A DNA stretch of 64,000 bases. Source: Eutreptiella sp. 'Long Island Sound 2002'. Lineage: Eukaryota > Protista > Euglenida. Position numbers and translations under genes: made by a program. Positions 37,268 through 48,541 of the stretch are shown one piece after another (the stretch's first letter is position 1; every line of letters begins with the position of its first letter). The notes under the pieces were generated by a model. It ran no database searches, was not told the origin of the DNA, and was given only the letters and a program-made list of their open reading frames with translations. The stretch is from the NCBI GenBank assembly GCA_964036045.1, contig OZ038378.1, positions 74,152,001-74,216,000 of the forward strand. The letters are read 5' to 3'.

Positions 37268-37799
37268 ACCTCTATTGCATGTTTCTTTTTTTGCAGCTGC
37301 CCTAAGCCTCCATGCTCTCCGCAGTCAAACCCCCTTATCTCGTGTGGACCTGCGAGTTTAGGCAACCATAATGTACAGGGAACGGTGTGGCAAAGAGGTG
37401 AAAGAGAGTGCTCTAAGTGTCTGTAGGGCCCTGGAAGAGGATAAATGGGACGAGAGGCCCTAGGGGGGTTTGCTAGACCATTTTCGACATCTGGCCACCC
37501 ACATCGATGGGAAGGTTGTGCTGTTGCGTACAAACACGGCAAAAATAATGGGTTCAAGGTTTGGCCCCGACACTGTTGTGACGCCTGCTGCAGTTTGGAG
37601 TCCGGGTATGGCGGAAGCCAAAGTGTAGCATACAACTGAGGAGATGGAGGAAGCCTGTGAACAAGCATGCGTGATCCTCATTGGTGAGGCCGAACGTGAT
37701 GGGTTCCAGGGTGGAGGACATTTCCGAGGCGCCAGCTATGACCGCTGGTTGCAGGTAGCACCTTTGTGTGTCTTGCATGGCATAATGGGGACATTGGTG

Positions 37800-38360
37800 T
37801 ACAGAAGAGAGACGTTTGGGCAGTTCTCCTTGCGAAGGTTACTGCTGGGTGTCGGTGGGAGCAAAGGGCATACAAGGAAGGGGGATGTGCGCCGGTCACG
37901 GCTTGTGCATGGGACACGGGAGCAGGGCCCCTTTTTGTTGATGGTGAACCACATTGCAAGGGGGTTCGGTGCGAGAGTGGTTCACATGGACTACCATACA
38001 GCTGTGATGCAATGAAATGTCAGATCTCCATCAACGTCGTTTTGATAGTACCCCATGGTCAGCAGTGTTCTGCACGGGGCAGCACGTGGGTGGTGAGATC
38101 TGGGTGGAAGAGGGAGGCGTTGGCAGTGGACCGCGTGGCACACCAGGGAGAAGGCATTGCCCAGATGGCATTACCCGTACGGGCCATAGGTACCGTGTCG
38201 ATAGGCAACCTGTAGTGGTCCGCACTCGGGCATGACATGCTACTTGCCCATGGGAAGGGGACAGGCGATTGGTGGTGCTTTACGGCCGTGGAGAATGGCA
38301 GAGTTTGCCTCCATCGCACCGTGAGTTCTTGCACCAGCATGCCTTCCGCCTACCTGCAGG
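37800..38360 (+). pseudogene. 2OG-Fe(II) dioxygenase (DSBH), TET/JBP-like
   Basis: LLLGVGGSKG...TREQGPFLLMVN...YHTAVMQ*N, then a frameshift, then LHQRRFDSTPWSAVFCTGQHVGGEIWVEE...VVVRTRA*HATCPWEGDRRLVVLY...LPPSHREFLHQHAFRLP. The distal His (38236) and 2OG-binding Arg (~38263) are present. The HxD reads HQR in this copy. Confidence 0.7.
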
Positions 38361-38395
38361 TTAGTGGCGGTCCGCAACGTGGAGCACGGCAACAG

Positions 38396-39260
38396 CCATG
38401 TGGCATGGCGAACCCCCAACGTCACAATCGGTGCTGGCTTGGTACAATATTGCAATGCCTCCTACTGGCCTCTGGCGGATAGGAGGCCTTCCATGAATAG
38501 TGCCCAGATGATGTGGCGCTGTGGGCTACACTTTGGGGTGACATTGTGGCAGGTACGACAGGTGCTGTGTACCATTCACATGCCATTGCGCGTCACTTGG
38601 CCGAGGAGGGGCGGCCAACTGTTAGTGTGTGCCAGTGTAGTGCCCGGTGTCAATATGTTAGAAGGCTCCCAAGTTTGAGTGGAAGCACGAGTCCGAGATG
38701 GCTGAGTGTTGGAAGCACATGGTACCGAAGCTGGTTTGTGCTGGTGTTCGTTCTGTGTCTGACTGCTTGTGTCATGAGCAATGGTGGCAGCACTGCCTAG
38801 TATGTGACAAGAAAGTCTTCCAAGCTGGAGGGGAGTTGGCAATGGCTGCCCAAGTGTTGCATGGTAGTAACCAGGGGCAAAGCGTGCGGATGCGATTAAG
38901 GGAGGGAATGAGGGGCCGTTCGTTGGGCCGCCCTTCAAACGCCCCCCCATGTGGCTGTGGGGAGGATCTCCAAGAGGCCATTGTACTATCGCCACTGGTG
39001 TTCAACAAGTTGGCTCCACTCCATGTCCACAATCAACAGCTTCACAGCTTGACCGTGGATCATGAGTTTGTGGATGTCAACAGGTACCATTGGTCCCTCC
39101 GGGCCATGGTACTACCCAATGCAGCGACCAGGGAGGAAGGGCACTTTGTTGTTCCCATTTTGGTTCGCGATGAGTGGTGGCTGTTTGATGATGCCTCAGT
39201 GACAAGTGGACGGCCCCCTGCCGATTCGCGAAAAGTGACATTCCTATTGTATGAGCGTAC
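38396..39260 (+). pseudogene. Ubiquitin-specific protease (peptidase C19) domain
   Basis: Cys box GMANPQRHNRCWLGTILQCL (Cys 38432). His box WSLRAMV...EGHFVV...WWLFDDASV...FLLYER (His 39142, Asp 39187/39190). The two halves are in different frames. Confidence 0.85.
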
Positions 39261-39899
39261 TCCCACAAAGATGGTGGGTCTTTCACAAGGCGGTTCACAA
39301 AGGGGTGCCTACAATCGTGGTGCACGTGGTGCCCCCTCTCAGTCTGCAGCAACAAATGTCCACAGGCATGTCCAGAGCATGCCGAGTTACACCCCATTCC
39401 CAGCCATGGCGCTGGCAACCGGTGACCCAGAGTCTACCAACCACGTTGGGGAAGCACAACCCTCCCCCTCGCAGTCTATAGCACCAGCTATCGACAGGCA
39501 TGCCCGGAGCCTGCCAAGTAACACCCAGTTGGCCGCCATGGCGCTGCCAACGGGTGACCCTGCATATACCACACATGTGGGGGATGCCCAATCCTCCACC
39601 GAGTTTATCGAAGCTGTGGCAAAGTTTGTACAAAAACAAAGGGTACGGGTGAAACAAGATTTGCAGGTCCGTGTGCAAGCCCACCATGTTCATCTCCGGG
39701 CACGTCTTGAGGAGTGGGATGAAAGGCATGCAGGTCAGGGCATGTCACACCGGTCTGTTGCCGAGTCCATAGAACAGGATAGAGCCCGATCTGCTGCATT
39801 GGCAGCAGCAGGGAGCAATGCTTTTTCTGTGATGATGGGGGCAGCCCCCAAGCAACAGACAGCACGGCCAAAGACATTGCAAGCCTTTGTGGATGGGCA

Positions 39900-42010
39900 T
39901 TGGCAGTTGCAGTTCACTGTTGAAGGGGGTGTAATGTGCATGTGTTGTGCATGGGTTGCTCAAATGGATTGTCGTGTGGTGAAGCGGCCACGGAAGGCGG
40001 CTACACCCTTGGTGAATGGAACATATGGCATAGGCATGTGTATGATGATGGCTGGACCAAAGGGATGGCGTAGAGGTGTCCTGGAGGGTCACCTGGGTGT
40101 GTCACGTGGCACAACCCGCAACCGGAGGAAAATTGGGAATCGTGGACACCACCACTTGGCTGCCGAGGAGAATTTCCGGGTGCATTGTGCGGAACATTTT
40201 CGGGCATTGTGCCATAGTGCATCTGTGTGTGCAATCAATGTGGCACCGAAAAGCACAGTGTTCATTAGGGGTGAGGGCATGGACCTCGGTGTGCCTATGA
40301 GCGACGCGGTGGGAGCCATTTTGTCAGGCTTGGTGGTGATATACATTGGGCTCCGCATGTGCACATCCATCCATGCCATCCAGTGAACGCATTCCTTTGC
40401 ATTGCGCGTTGACCTCTGAACCGGGCCATCATGCCTCTTGTCGATGGATAGTTGAGAAGGCCATGGTTGCAATGCATGGTGCCATGCACGATGGTGTGTC
40501 AGACACTCTGCAAAGGGCATTGATTGCCTTGTTGTTGGATGGATCTGACCGGCAACGGCATCGCATTAATGAGTATGCCATCCTGGTCCTCTTCCCTGGC
40601 ACTGGGCCAGGGGGAATGTGTGAAGTGTTCCTTGGTGTGGTGGATGTGGCTTCATGGGAGGCACATGAGGTGACAGCACAGGTGGAGGCAGTGTTGCTGT
40701 CCTGGATGCCTGACGGTGCCTAGTGGGCTTAGAAGGCTGTGGCTTTTGCTGTGGATGGTGTCTAACCTCGGTGTGCGTGGTGCCACTGCACGACAAGCTG
40801 TTGATGTGTCGGCAATGGAGCACAATGTGTTTGCCATGCTTGTGAAGTCATTGTCCTTGCTAACCCCCCCGGGTGAGCCATGCCATGTGGTTCAGCGCAA
40901 GCTAGGTCTTGCCTTGGAGGCTGCCGGCCACGTGCATGGTGACTATCTGGCAGCTGTGCGTCGCCAACGTGCATTGTACAACGGTGCGCGCCAGTGGGAG
41001 GACCTAGAGAGGTGTCTCCAAAAGCACAGCAGACCCGATACACGTAGCGGGTTGCATTTGATCCCTGCCAGTCACCGTATCCGGTGGTTTGAAGCAGATG
41101 CTCATCGCAACAAGGTGTTCTTGGCCAATGTGCCATGGGTGGTGAGGCATTTGGATTCCAGAACGCACCTCACCACCAAGGAGGAGGATGTCCGGGAGGA
41201 TTGCCATGATGCAGGTTTGCTGTCATGGGCTGTGGTATATGGAGACATACTACATGGCACACGTAGCTTCAACAAGGTTGCACAGTTGCATGCACCAACA
41301 GGTGCCCGCCTGACCAAAGCAACCGAAATGTCACTGGCACGGGTGGAAAAGGTGGCGAGGGAGGAGGGGCCACAGTGGACTCAATTCAAAGAGCAAACTG
41401 TGACGGGTGCATGGCATGACGTTGAATTGGTCCGATTTGATACCGATGGCCGGAGGTGCACAACCAGGCCCCCTTTTCTAGCCAAAGAGGCACGTGCAGT
41501 CACAGACACATTGCTTGCTGGCATCATGGAGGCACATGGGACCATTGACCCCGGGGGTGTTCTTGAGTGTGTTGTGTTGCTTGACCATGGCCGTTGGCTC
41601 GCTCTACCAGGGGCTGATCGGGCCACATTTGGAGTGGATCTGCCGAAGCAGTTCATGGGCACACACCACGCTGAACCAGCAGCTGCGCATTATTGCTGCT
41701 CGTGCATTGGAAGAGTGGGAATCCTTCAAGGAGCATGTCCTTCAAACCTTTGCCAAGACCCCCATGTCCCAGATTTGGGAGGCCTTGACGCCGGAGCGGG
41801 AGCATCTCCAATGGGTGAATGTTTGGCGTGTTTTGTCATTGCTGTGCACATGTTGCCTTGCTGAGGATGCTGTTGAGCGTGCCATTTCGTTGCGTGGGAG
41901 GTTCACCAGCAGTATGCATGATATGGAGCACACACCTGTCCTTAGCATGTGCATGGCTGTGCATTGTAATCTGCCACCTTTGCGACAGTGCGTGAAGGGG
42001 CGGGGTGTCA
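39900..42010 (+). pseudogene. hAT-family (ZNF862-like) DDE transposase
   Basis: TTF-like WQLQF...CMCC (39901-39948), LLLDGSD (D 40538), FLGVVDV, AFAVDG-SNLG (D 40754), RKLGLAL, IRW (41082) and hATC-like AVERAIS (E 41875). Several frameshifts and stops. Confidence 0.8.
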
Positions 42011-42289
42011 AGGTAGCCCGCAAGCTGGTAGCCAATGCACGCTTCGATGTGCGTCCCCGGCATAGGGTTTCACAGCACATGGATCCACATACATCAGCGG
42101 AAGCGGCCATGCTGCAATGCCTAGAGGGGGAGGCTGCAGTGGCAGACGATGGTGACATTTTGCCATTTTTGGGGGGTTTCGAGGTGCCACTGGCTTGCCA
42201 AGGGCAAACACGCAAACGGGCGGACCGACAAGCCCCGTCTGGGGACACTATGGTCGAACCAGATGGTAGTCTAGCTCAGCATGGTGGCA

Positions 42290-42810
42290 ACCATGACTTC
42301 TTCACTTGCCGAACCGGCATTGACTGTGCAGCGTGCAGGTAGTCTCTGCGCATCTGTTGCAACACATGTCTGCTTTGCCACACATGCTTTGTCAAAGATC
42401 CAGGACCGTGTGGTGAGGCAATGGTGCAGGTAGTGGATGATGCAGCCGAGGCTGCTGAAAATAACAGCGAAAAGGAAGCAGTGGCACCACGGAAGTCCGA
42501 CCCAAAGCATGCCTTGGCCCGTGCACAGGGCAACCTGGTATGTGCCGCAAAGGCAGGCACATTGCGTGACTGGACACGCGCTCGCATCTATGATTGCTTG
42601 GGTGCCATGGGTGTGAAGGTGCCATATAACATGAACCGGCAACAAGCCCGAGACATTGCTATGCAGCAGGCATTGCCTTTGCGAGCCCAAATGGACTGTG
42701 ATTGCGTCCCCCCAACGGATCGTGTTACCCGTTCTGCTGCACCCCCCAGCAGCTTACAACCATGTTCCCAGGCGCCGGTGGATGACAAGGATGGACTCAT
42801 TGATGAATGA
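42290..42810 (+). pseudogene. Cys-rich zinc-finger-like plus small helical (SAP/HeH-like) C-terminal region of the transposase locus
   Basis: FTCRTGIDCAACR*SLRICCNTCLLCHTC, then WTRARIYDCLGAMGVKVPYNMNRQQARDIAM. Confidence 0.35.
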
Positions 42811-43260
42811 CACAGTTGGGGTGGCAGTGGTATTGTGCTTTTGCATGCTTGCTGTGCCAACCCCCATGGTACCCATGTTCTCGTTCTCTGCAGGTCCATT
42901 CGTACATTAGCAACCATCACCATGAATTGTATTTTTCATTTTCTGTCCGATGTTGTGCTGTAGGAGCGGAGGGCTAACGTTTTTCCATTTCGCTTGGTTT
43001 TCCCTTTCCCACATTTTCTCCAGCAACCCATTTTCCAAGAGGTTTGGGTGTCTGGGGGGGGGGGGGGGGGGCTTTTGCCACATTTTTCCAAGAATTGCCT
43101 TTTCCACATTTTCAAACCCCATATTTTCCCCAACCCATCATTTTCTTGAACTGAACGGTTGGTTGTTTTGGGGGGGGCGGAAACCCTTGTATCAAACTTT
43201 TCCTAGAGGTCCCTTTGCCACATTTTCCATTCCAACACCCCCTATTTTCCCCAACCCACC

Positions 43261-43442
43261 TTTTTCCTGAAGTGAAGTTCCTGTGTGTCTGTGGGGGGGG
43301 GGGGTGCTGCACTTTTATCACCATTTTCCTGAAGTGAAGTTGTTGTGTGTCTTGGGGGGGGGTACTGCACTGTTATCACCATTTTCCTGAAGTGAAGTTC
43401 CTATGTGTCTGGGGGGGGGGGGGGGGGCTGCACTTTTATCAG
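43261..43442. repeat. ~60-bp tandem repeat x3 with poly-G
   Basis: ttttcctgaagtgaagtt...gtgtct-G(n)-ctgcac at 43262, 43324 and 43382. Confidence 0.9.
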
Positions 43443-43499
43443 ACTAGCACTAATTGGCCCAAGGACGTTGAATCCCAAATGAAGGGGTTTGCAAAGGAG

Positions 43500-44460
43500 A
43501 GCACAGTACAAGACAATCAATTGGGCTATGGCGCAATGTCAGAAGAGCATGATTTTGCTTGATACCGCAAGATGCGTCCATGGCTACCCAAAGCAGTGTA
43601 CTTTCTTGACGTAACACAGCACGTCATCCCATCCTTCTTCATCTTCGTTGTTCGGCCGTGTAGAAGCTTATGAACACGAAAGATGAAATATTCGCGCCGT
43701 GGACATAAACTGGCACACAAAAGTAGAGCGCGCCAAACATGTGCGACAACACAACAACCGGACAATGGCATAACCGTTTCTTTGATGACACAGTGGCTAC
43801 GATTTCGGGTTGTCTTTTGCAGTCAAGGGGTAGTAATACCGGCAGCTCACTTTCCCCGCCACGCAAACATTCCACAAGAGGATCTGTTTTCACTGGCATG
43901 GTTGCTTCTTTTTCACTTTGATCGTCATACCCATTTTACAAGACATGCACGCGGACCTACACATACAAATGTACGCAGGTGATCTAGTAATTGACATGGT
44001 ATGTTCTTGCTGGATGCACAAACATTGCTTGAATTCCTACTGAATGCCTTGCGCACGTGTGGAATACACACGAGGTGGCGTACGACTAGAGTTGCGGACG
44101 TTTGTGGTGTGCCTAGGGCTCAAATTTACCCACAAGATCAAAGATTTGGCACTAATGCATCAATAGGCATGGCGCGTGACAAGGATATTTATGCATCTGC
44201 CACTTCCAGATCCTTCCTTAGGGCATCGACGATCCGAGAGTTGGATTTGACTCGCGCCAGGAAGGTACAGTTGTTAAGGCTATGCATTTTTCTAGTATGG
44301 ATTTTGCCATCACAAGTATGCTACCCCAACAAACAAATCATTCAAAGCATGTGCTCGAGGGTGCAAACGGCTTGAGAGAACGACTCTTGGGAACTCAAGT
44401 TATTGAAATTTGGTCACGCTCTTCCGAGGGTGGTTTTGGCCTCATCCCGCAGAGAAACTG
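43500..44460 (+). pseudogene. Decayed, 5'-truncated non-LTR reverse transcriptase
   Basis: DNQLGY (RT2, ~43512), YFLDV (RT3), IPQEDLFS (RT4), FFTLIVIPIL...MYAGDLVI (YADD with GAT>GGT, 43972-43983), VCLGLKF (RT7, ~44103) and thumb SEGGFGL (~44422). The element probably continues to ~45500-46000. Confidence 0.75.
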
Positions 44461-47400
44461 TTCTCGTTTTTCCACGTGCATGTCCTTTTTACATTTTGTG
44501 AGCTAGCCGGATCACTCCGCCCCACAGTGTGTCGACAGGTTTTAGTTTTCGTTTGAGTTACGGGGAAAAAACTACGAATGGTTACACTTCTCGACTGTGC
44601 AACTCGGGTCGGTTCCCTGGGCTCCTTGGAACATGATTGGGTTATCCGGCAAGGCATACTCACAACTAAGACAACAGCTCCGAATCTACATTCATGAGCA
44701 TGTGATTGTGGGTGACATCCCACTACAACCGAAAACGAACACCGGTACTCTTATTTTTGCAACCGTTCCACAAAGGACGGGCAGGCGACTATTTTAGATC
44801 TACAACGACATTCCTACGGCTTGACTCCGCCTTCATTTCATCCCAGTCATTTTGCACACGCAAAGACAATATCGGATGCATAGGCCAACCCATCCTAGAT
44901 CCGATGGGCTTTGTTAATCCTAAGACTATCTCCAAAAGTCTTTTTTTGTATAATTCTGGCCTCACATGACCCAACGGCCGTGGAACCGTGGTGCAGTTTC
45001 AGTAACTTTGTGGTACTTCACTCGAGCAAATATTTTCTCAGAGAAAGTCTATTGGCCGAACCGAACGTGGGTGAAAGATTGGCTAGTAGGACAACAACCA
45101 TGTCCTATGTTTCGTGATGCGGGGATAGTAGCATATGCCTTTTTCAATGGTAAGTTTTCGTTTTTCGCCATGGACACTCTTTCGAAATGCCTACAATGTT
45201 GTACGCATGAAACAACGCACGACACGACACGGACATCATCGTCACCTGAACGACTTTTGTTGGCAGCGAAACGAGCCAACTGGAGCACGCGGTGCGCTGT
45301 CCAGCTGTCTTGTTGAACAACCAGTGCACTATATTTTGTGAACACGTGGCACACCATTTTACAGTGTTGGTCGACATTGTGATGTTTGAGCATCAACATT
45401 GGGGAGTTCTACCAATTTATGGTTGTTTGCTAGGTTTTCTCACGTCGGGACAATTGGTATACACGGCGGTGTCACGGACACAACTATCGTCGCCAACAAC
45501 CCAGCAACAAAAGGCTCACCGACGGACACTGCCCGAAAATGGCACGCAATAGCTATCGGACCTCTTCGGGTTCGGTTCCACACATTGATATGTGGAAAGA
45601 AACTTTGATTTTATTCCAGGTGTATAGCACACGCATAGCGGTCCATGTACCGTCACCCGGAGGATTGACGGAAAATGTAGTAGTGGATTAGTTGGCAGGG
45701 CAAGGTCGCATTCGAGGCCCGCTATGGACGATGAATTCACTTGTTTTGCATGTCTCCTCTAGGGTTAGGAGGAAGATCCACAGCTTCAAGTCATCGTGGC
45801 GCGAGGGCACACACCACCACCATTGACCAGGGAGCACAATGATTTTGGACCATGGACACCACACTCAGTGAGTGCCGTTTTAGATTTGGGCACGTCATAG
45901 GGCACGCTAGGAACACACTGCACCACATCGATGCAACGGCTCATGCCACCAATTTATCAAGTGGACACGCCTTCTCTACATGTCTCCTTGGATTTCACCG
46001 ATTTCCATTTTTCACTTTGTATGTTGTGGTACATGAGCCATTGATGCTATATCCCATTTTGAGCCAATAAATGACGACAAGGCAATGATGCACGTTGTAC
46101 ATAGTTGGCATGCTATACATAAGTGACACAATGGAACACAAGGAGCAGTGGAACCACATTCATGGGTGTGGTGCCCGATTTGACGAAAACCATCGGATCC
46201 CTAAAGCTGCAAGTTCACGATTAGTGAGCTTCCTATGCATGCCGTAGACGTGTTCTCATACCCTGCCGTAGGTCATGTGCCCGACGATGTACTGCGCTTC
46301 TGTTTGGGAAAGGTGGAGCGACCGTATGTGTCTCACTGCCATTTGTCCTTCATTGTGGCATCCGGGTCTACGTCGGTGGTCGGCACCGTCTTTGGGGTCC
46401 AGATAATCTTTTTCGTTGTCAATCAAATACTTCAAGCTGTAGTGTGCAACAATTTGATGGCTAGGGGCTTGCTACAAATCTTGTAGGCGCCGCCTCCTGC
46501 TATGGTATCACAATGTGTGAAAGGGCTCCTTGGCCCTCGCCCCATCACCGCGTGGCACTATACTTCGAACAAGCCCCAAGGGTAGTGTGGCTGTAGATTT
46601 CTACGCCTTAGACTATGCTTTTTGCAAGTCACCAACCCTATCAAGTTTAATGCCTTGAATTTTTTTTCATTTTGACCCAATTGAGTTGAATTCGCACAAC
46701 ATTCGTATGAAATTTACACCTCCACGCAACAAAAAATATTGTTCCAAATTCATTCATGAATGAGAATTTTGTATGAAATTCGTACATGGCCTGTCAGGCT
46801 TACACTTCCGGGGGGGGGGGGGATTAAGCCCCCCAAAACTGGGGGTTGGGTGGGAAAAGGGCTCAATTGACAGACACCATTCTCAGTAATGAAACCACAT
46901 TTTTCGGGAGTTTCTTTCCTGAAAACTTTGTCACCTTTCCACCCATCCTTGCTCACGCATGCCCGTGCATTGGAGCGTGGATGGGACGCACCCATCCTTG
47001 CTCACGTGCCTTTCTGCCCATGCCCCGGAGCCCACCTTTAGGGACTCTCAATCCACGCTTCGTTCCGTGGCCCCTTGAGTTGGGGTTAGGGACTTGCAAT
47101 GTACACTTTGTTGCGTCGCCCCTTGAGTGGGTTAGGGACTCGCAATCCACCGCCGGACGTCCGTGGGTCGGTTTGGGGGGTATTTTGGGGGTCCCGTCTA
47201 TGGAGCGCGCCCCTTTTTTGGGCTGGGCGTCCCGGCCGGAGGGCTCTATGCCCCCCCTGCCCCCCCAACAAACGAAAACCCGGCCTCCCCATAATTCTGC
47301 GAAATGTATGTGAACTTACAGCTTATCCCTACCATGGTAGTTGATGGACCAAAGTTATGCCCACTATATCAATGAATGGTGGGTCGCTAGTTCCAACTGT

Positions 47401-47539
47401 CCCCTTGTGCTCAATGCAGGCCCAAGATAGTGCACCATGGCACACATACCGATGGTGATGCCGCCTAGTAGGGGTCGTGAGCATTAAGTACAAAAGCGGA
47501 AGCGGGCAAAAAAAGAACACCTAGGGGCCGGTCCTTTTT

Positions 47540-47800
47540 GTTACACAAGAAATGAAGAACACAACACCTCATTCTCCACAATATGTACTCTAAGGTCTTT
47601 TGAAAATCTCCACACATGTCGCAAATCCCTTTGGCATGAAAGATTTCTATACCTTGACAATTCCTGAGAGCTTTTTTGAGTTTTAGTTGTAAACCGCAAG
47701 GTGCAATTCTAAGCGAGGGCCGGAAAGTTGCACAAGCCAGAAAAAAAAGGTTGTGAAATATTTTTTTTGACACACTGCTTCGAAAGCTGATGGTGTCCTC
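47540..47800 (-). pseudogene. Possible LINE C-terminal zinc-finger remnant
   Basis: ICDMCGDFQKTLEYILW resembles the CxxC...ETxEHxLxxC motif. It is isolated. Confidence 0.3.
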
Positions 47801-48541
47801 CATTCGGAAATAGTGCTTGGCAATTGTGATGGCGTGCATGCAAGGTTGCCGGGTGGGCTGGGCTAGGATTGATGCTTGGAAAAGGTGGTGGGGGTTGGGG
47901 CGGTTGGGGAAACTGCTTGGAAACTTTTATCTTTGGGGGTGGTTGGGAGAAGTGGTGGTTGAGATCGGTGCTTGCAAAAGCGGTTGGGCGGGGGCATATG
48001 GGAAAGTGCTTCGAAATTTTGATGGGCGGGGGTGCAGACAGGTGCTTGTGAAGTTGTATCTGAGGTTGCCAGGTGGGTTGGGCTCGGTTTGGTGCTCGGA
48101 AGTTGCCCAAGGGCGATGCACCGAAAAAGTGTTCGGTTTGTTCCTATCAAGAATTGCTTTGGAAAAGTAATTGCAACAGTACCACGGGACACCATCGCGT
48201 GGAAGCAATTGTTGTCTTCATGGGCCAAAGTAAAAGGTTGGTTGTGAATACTAGAGCACAGATGTAGCAATACCTCTGACCAAATATACATTTCAAGGGA
48301 AGCATATTTGTTGCATGTGACGGTCCACTTTCCACTGTAACTCTTTTGTGCACTTGGTTGGAGTGTAAGCCGTTCTGAAAAATCACACGGCAAACGGCCA
48401 AACGGAGCACAACACTGTTTTTCAAAAATGTACACAACCACCTTTTGCTGCACTGTCTCACGTTGGGTGCCATTTTCAAAAATTATGTTGCAAAGAGCGA
48501 AGAGGATACACGAAAGCAACAACATAGCAAGAGCTTAATGG

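Larger units (their letters stand above)
34918..43445 (+). mobile_element. Putative giant cargo-bearing hAT/ZNF862-like DNA transposon (decayed); ends not defined
   Basis: Co-oriented coding segments run unknown ORFs, 2OG-Fe(II) dioxygenase, USP, TTF zinc finger plus DDE transposase, Cys-rich region. Repeat-rich non-coding DNA lies at both sides. No TIR or 8-bp TSD was found. Confidence 0.65.

Noticed and set aside
37901-37927. AWDTGAG as a SAM-methyltransferase motif I
   Set aside because: It overlaps the frame that carries the better-supported dioxygenase N-terminal part, and there are no further methyltransferase motifs.
43778-43789. FFDD as the RT catalytic motif
   Set aside because: It lies upstream of the RT4-like PQED motif. 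The YAGD at 43972-43983 has the correct context and spacing.
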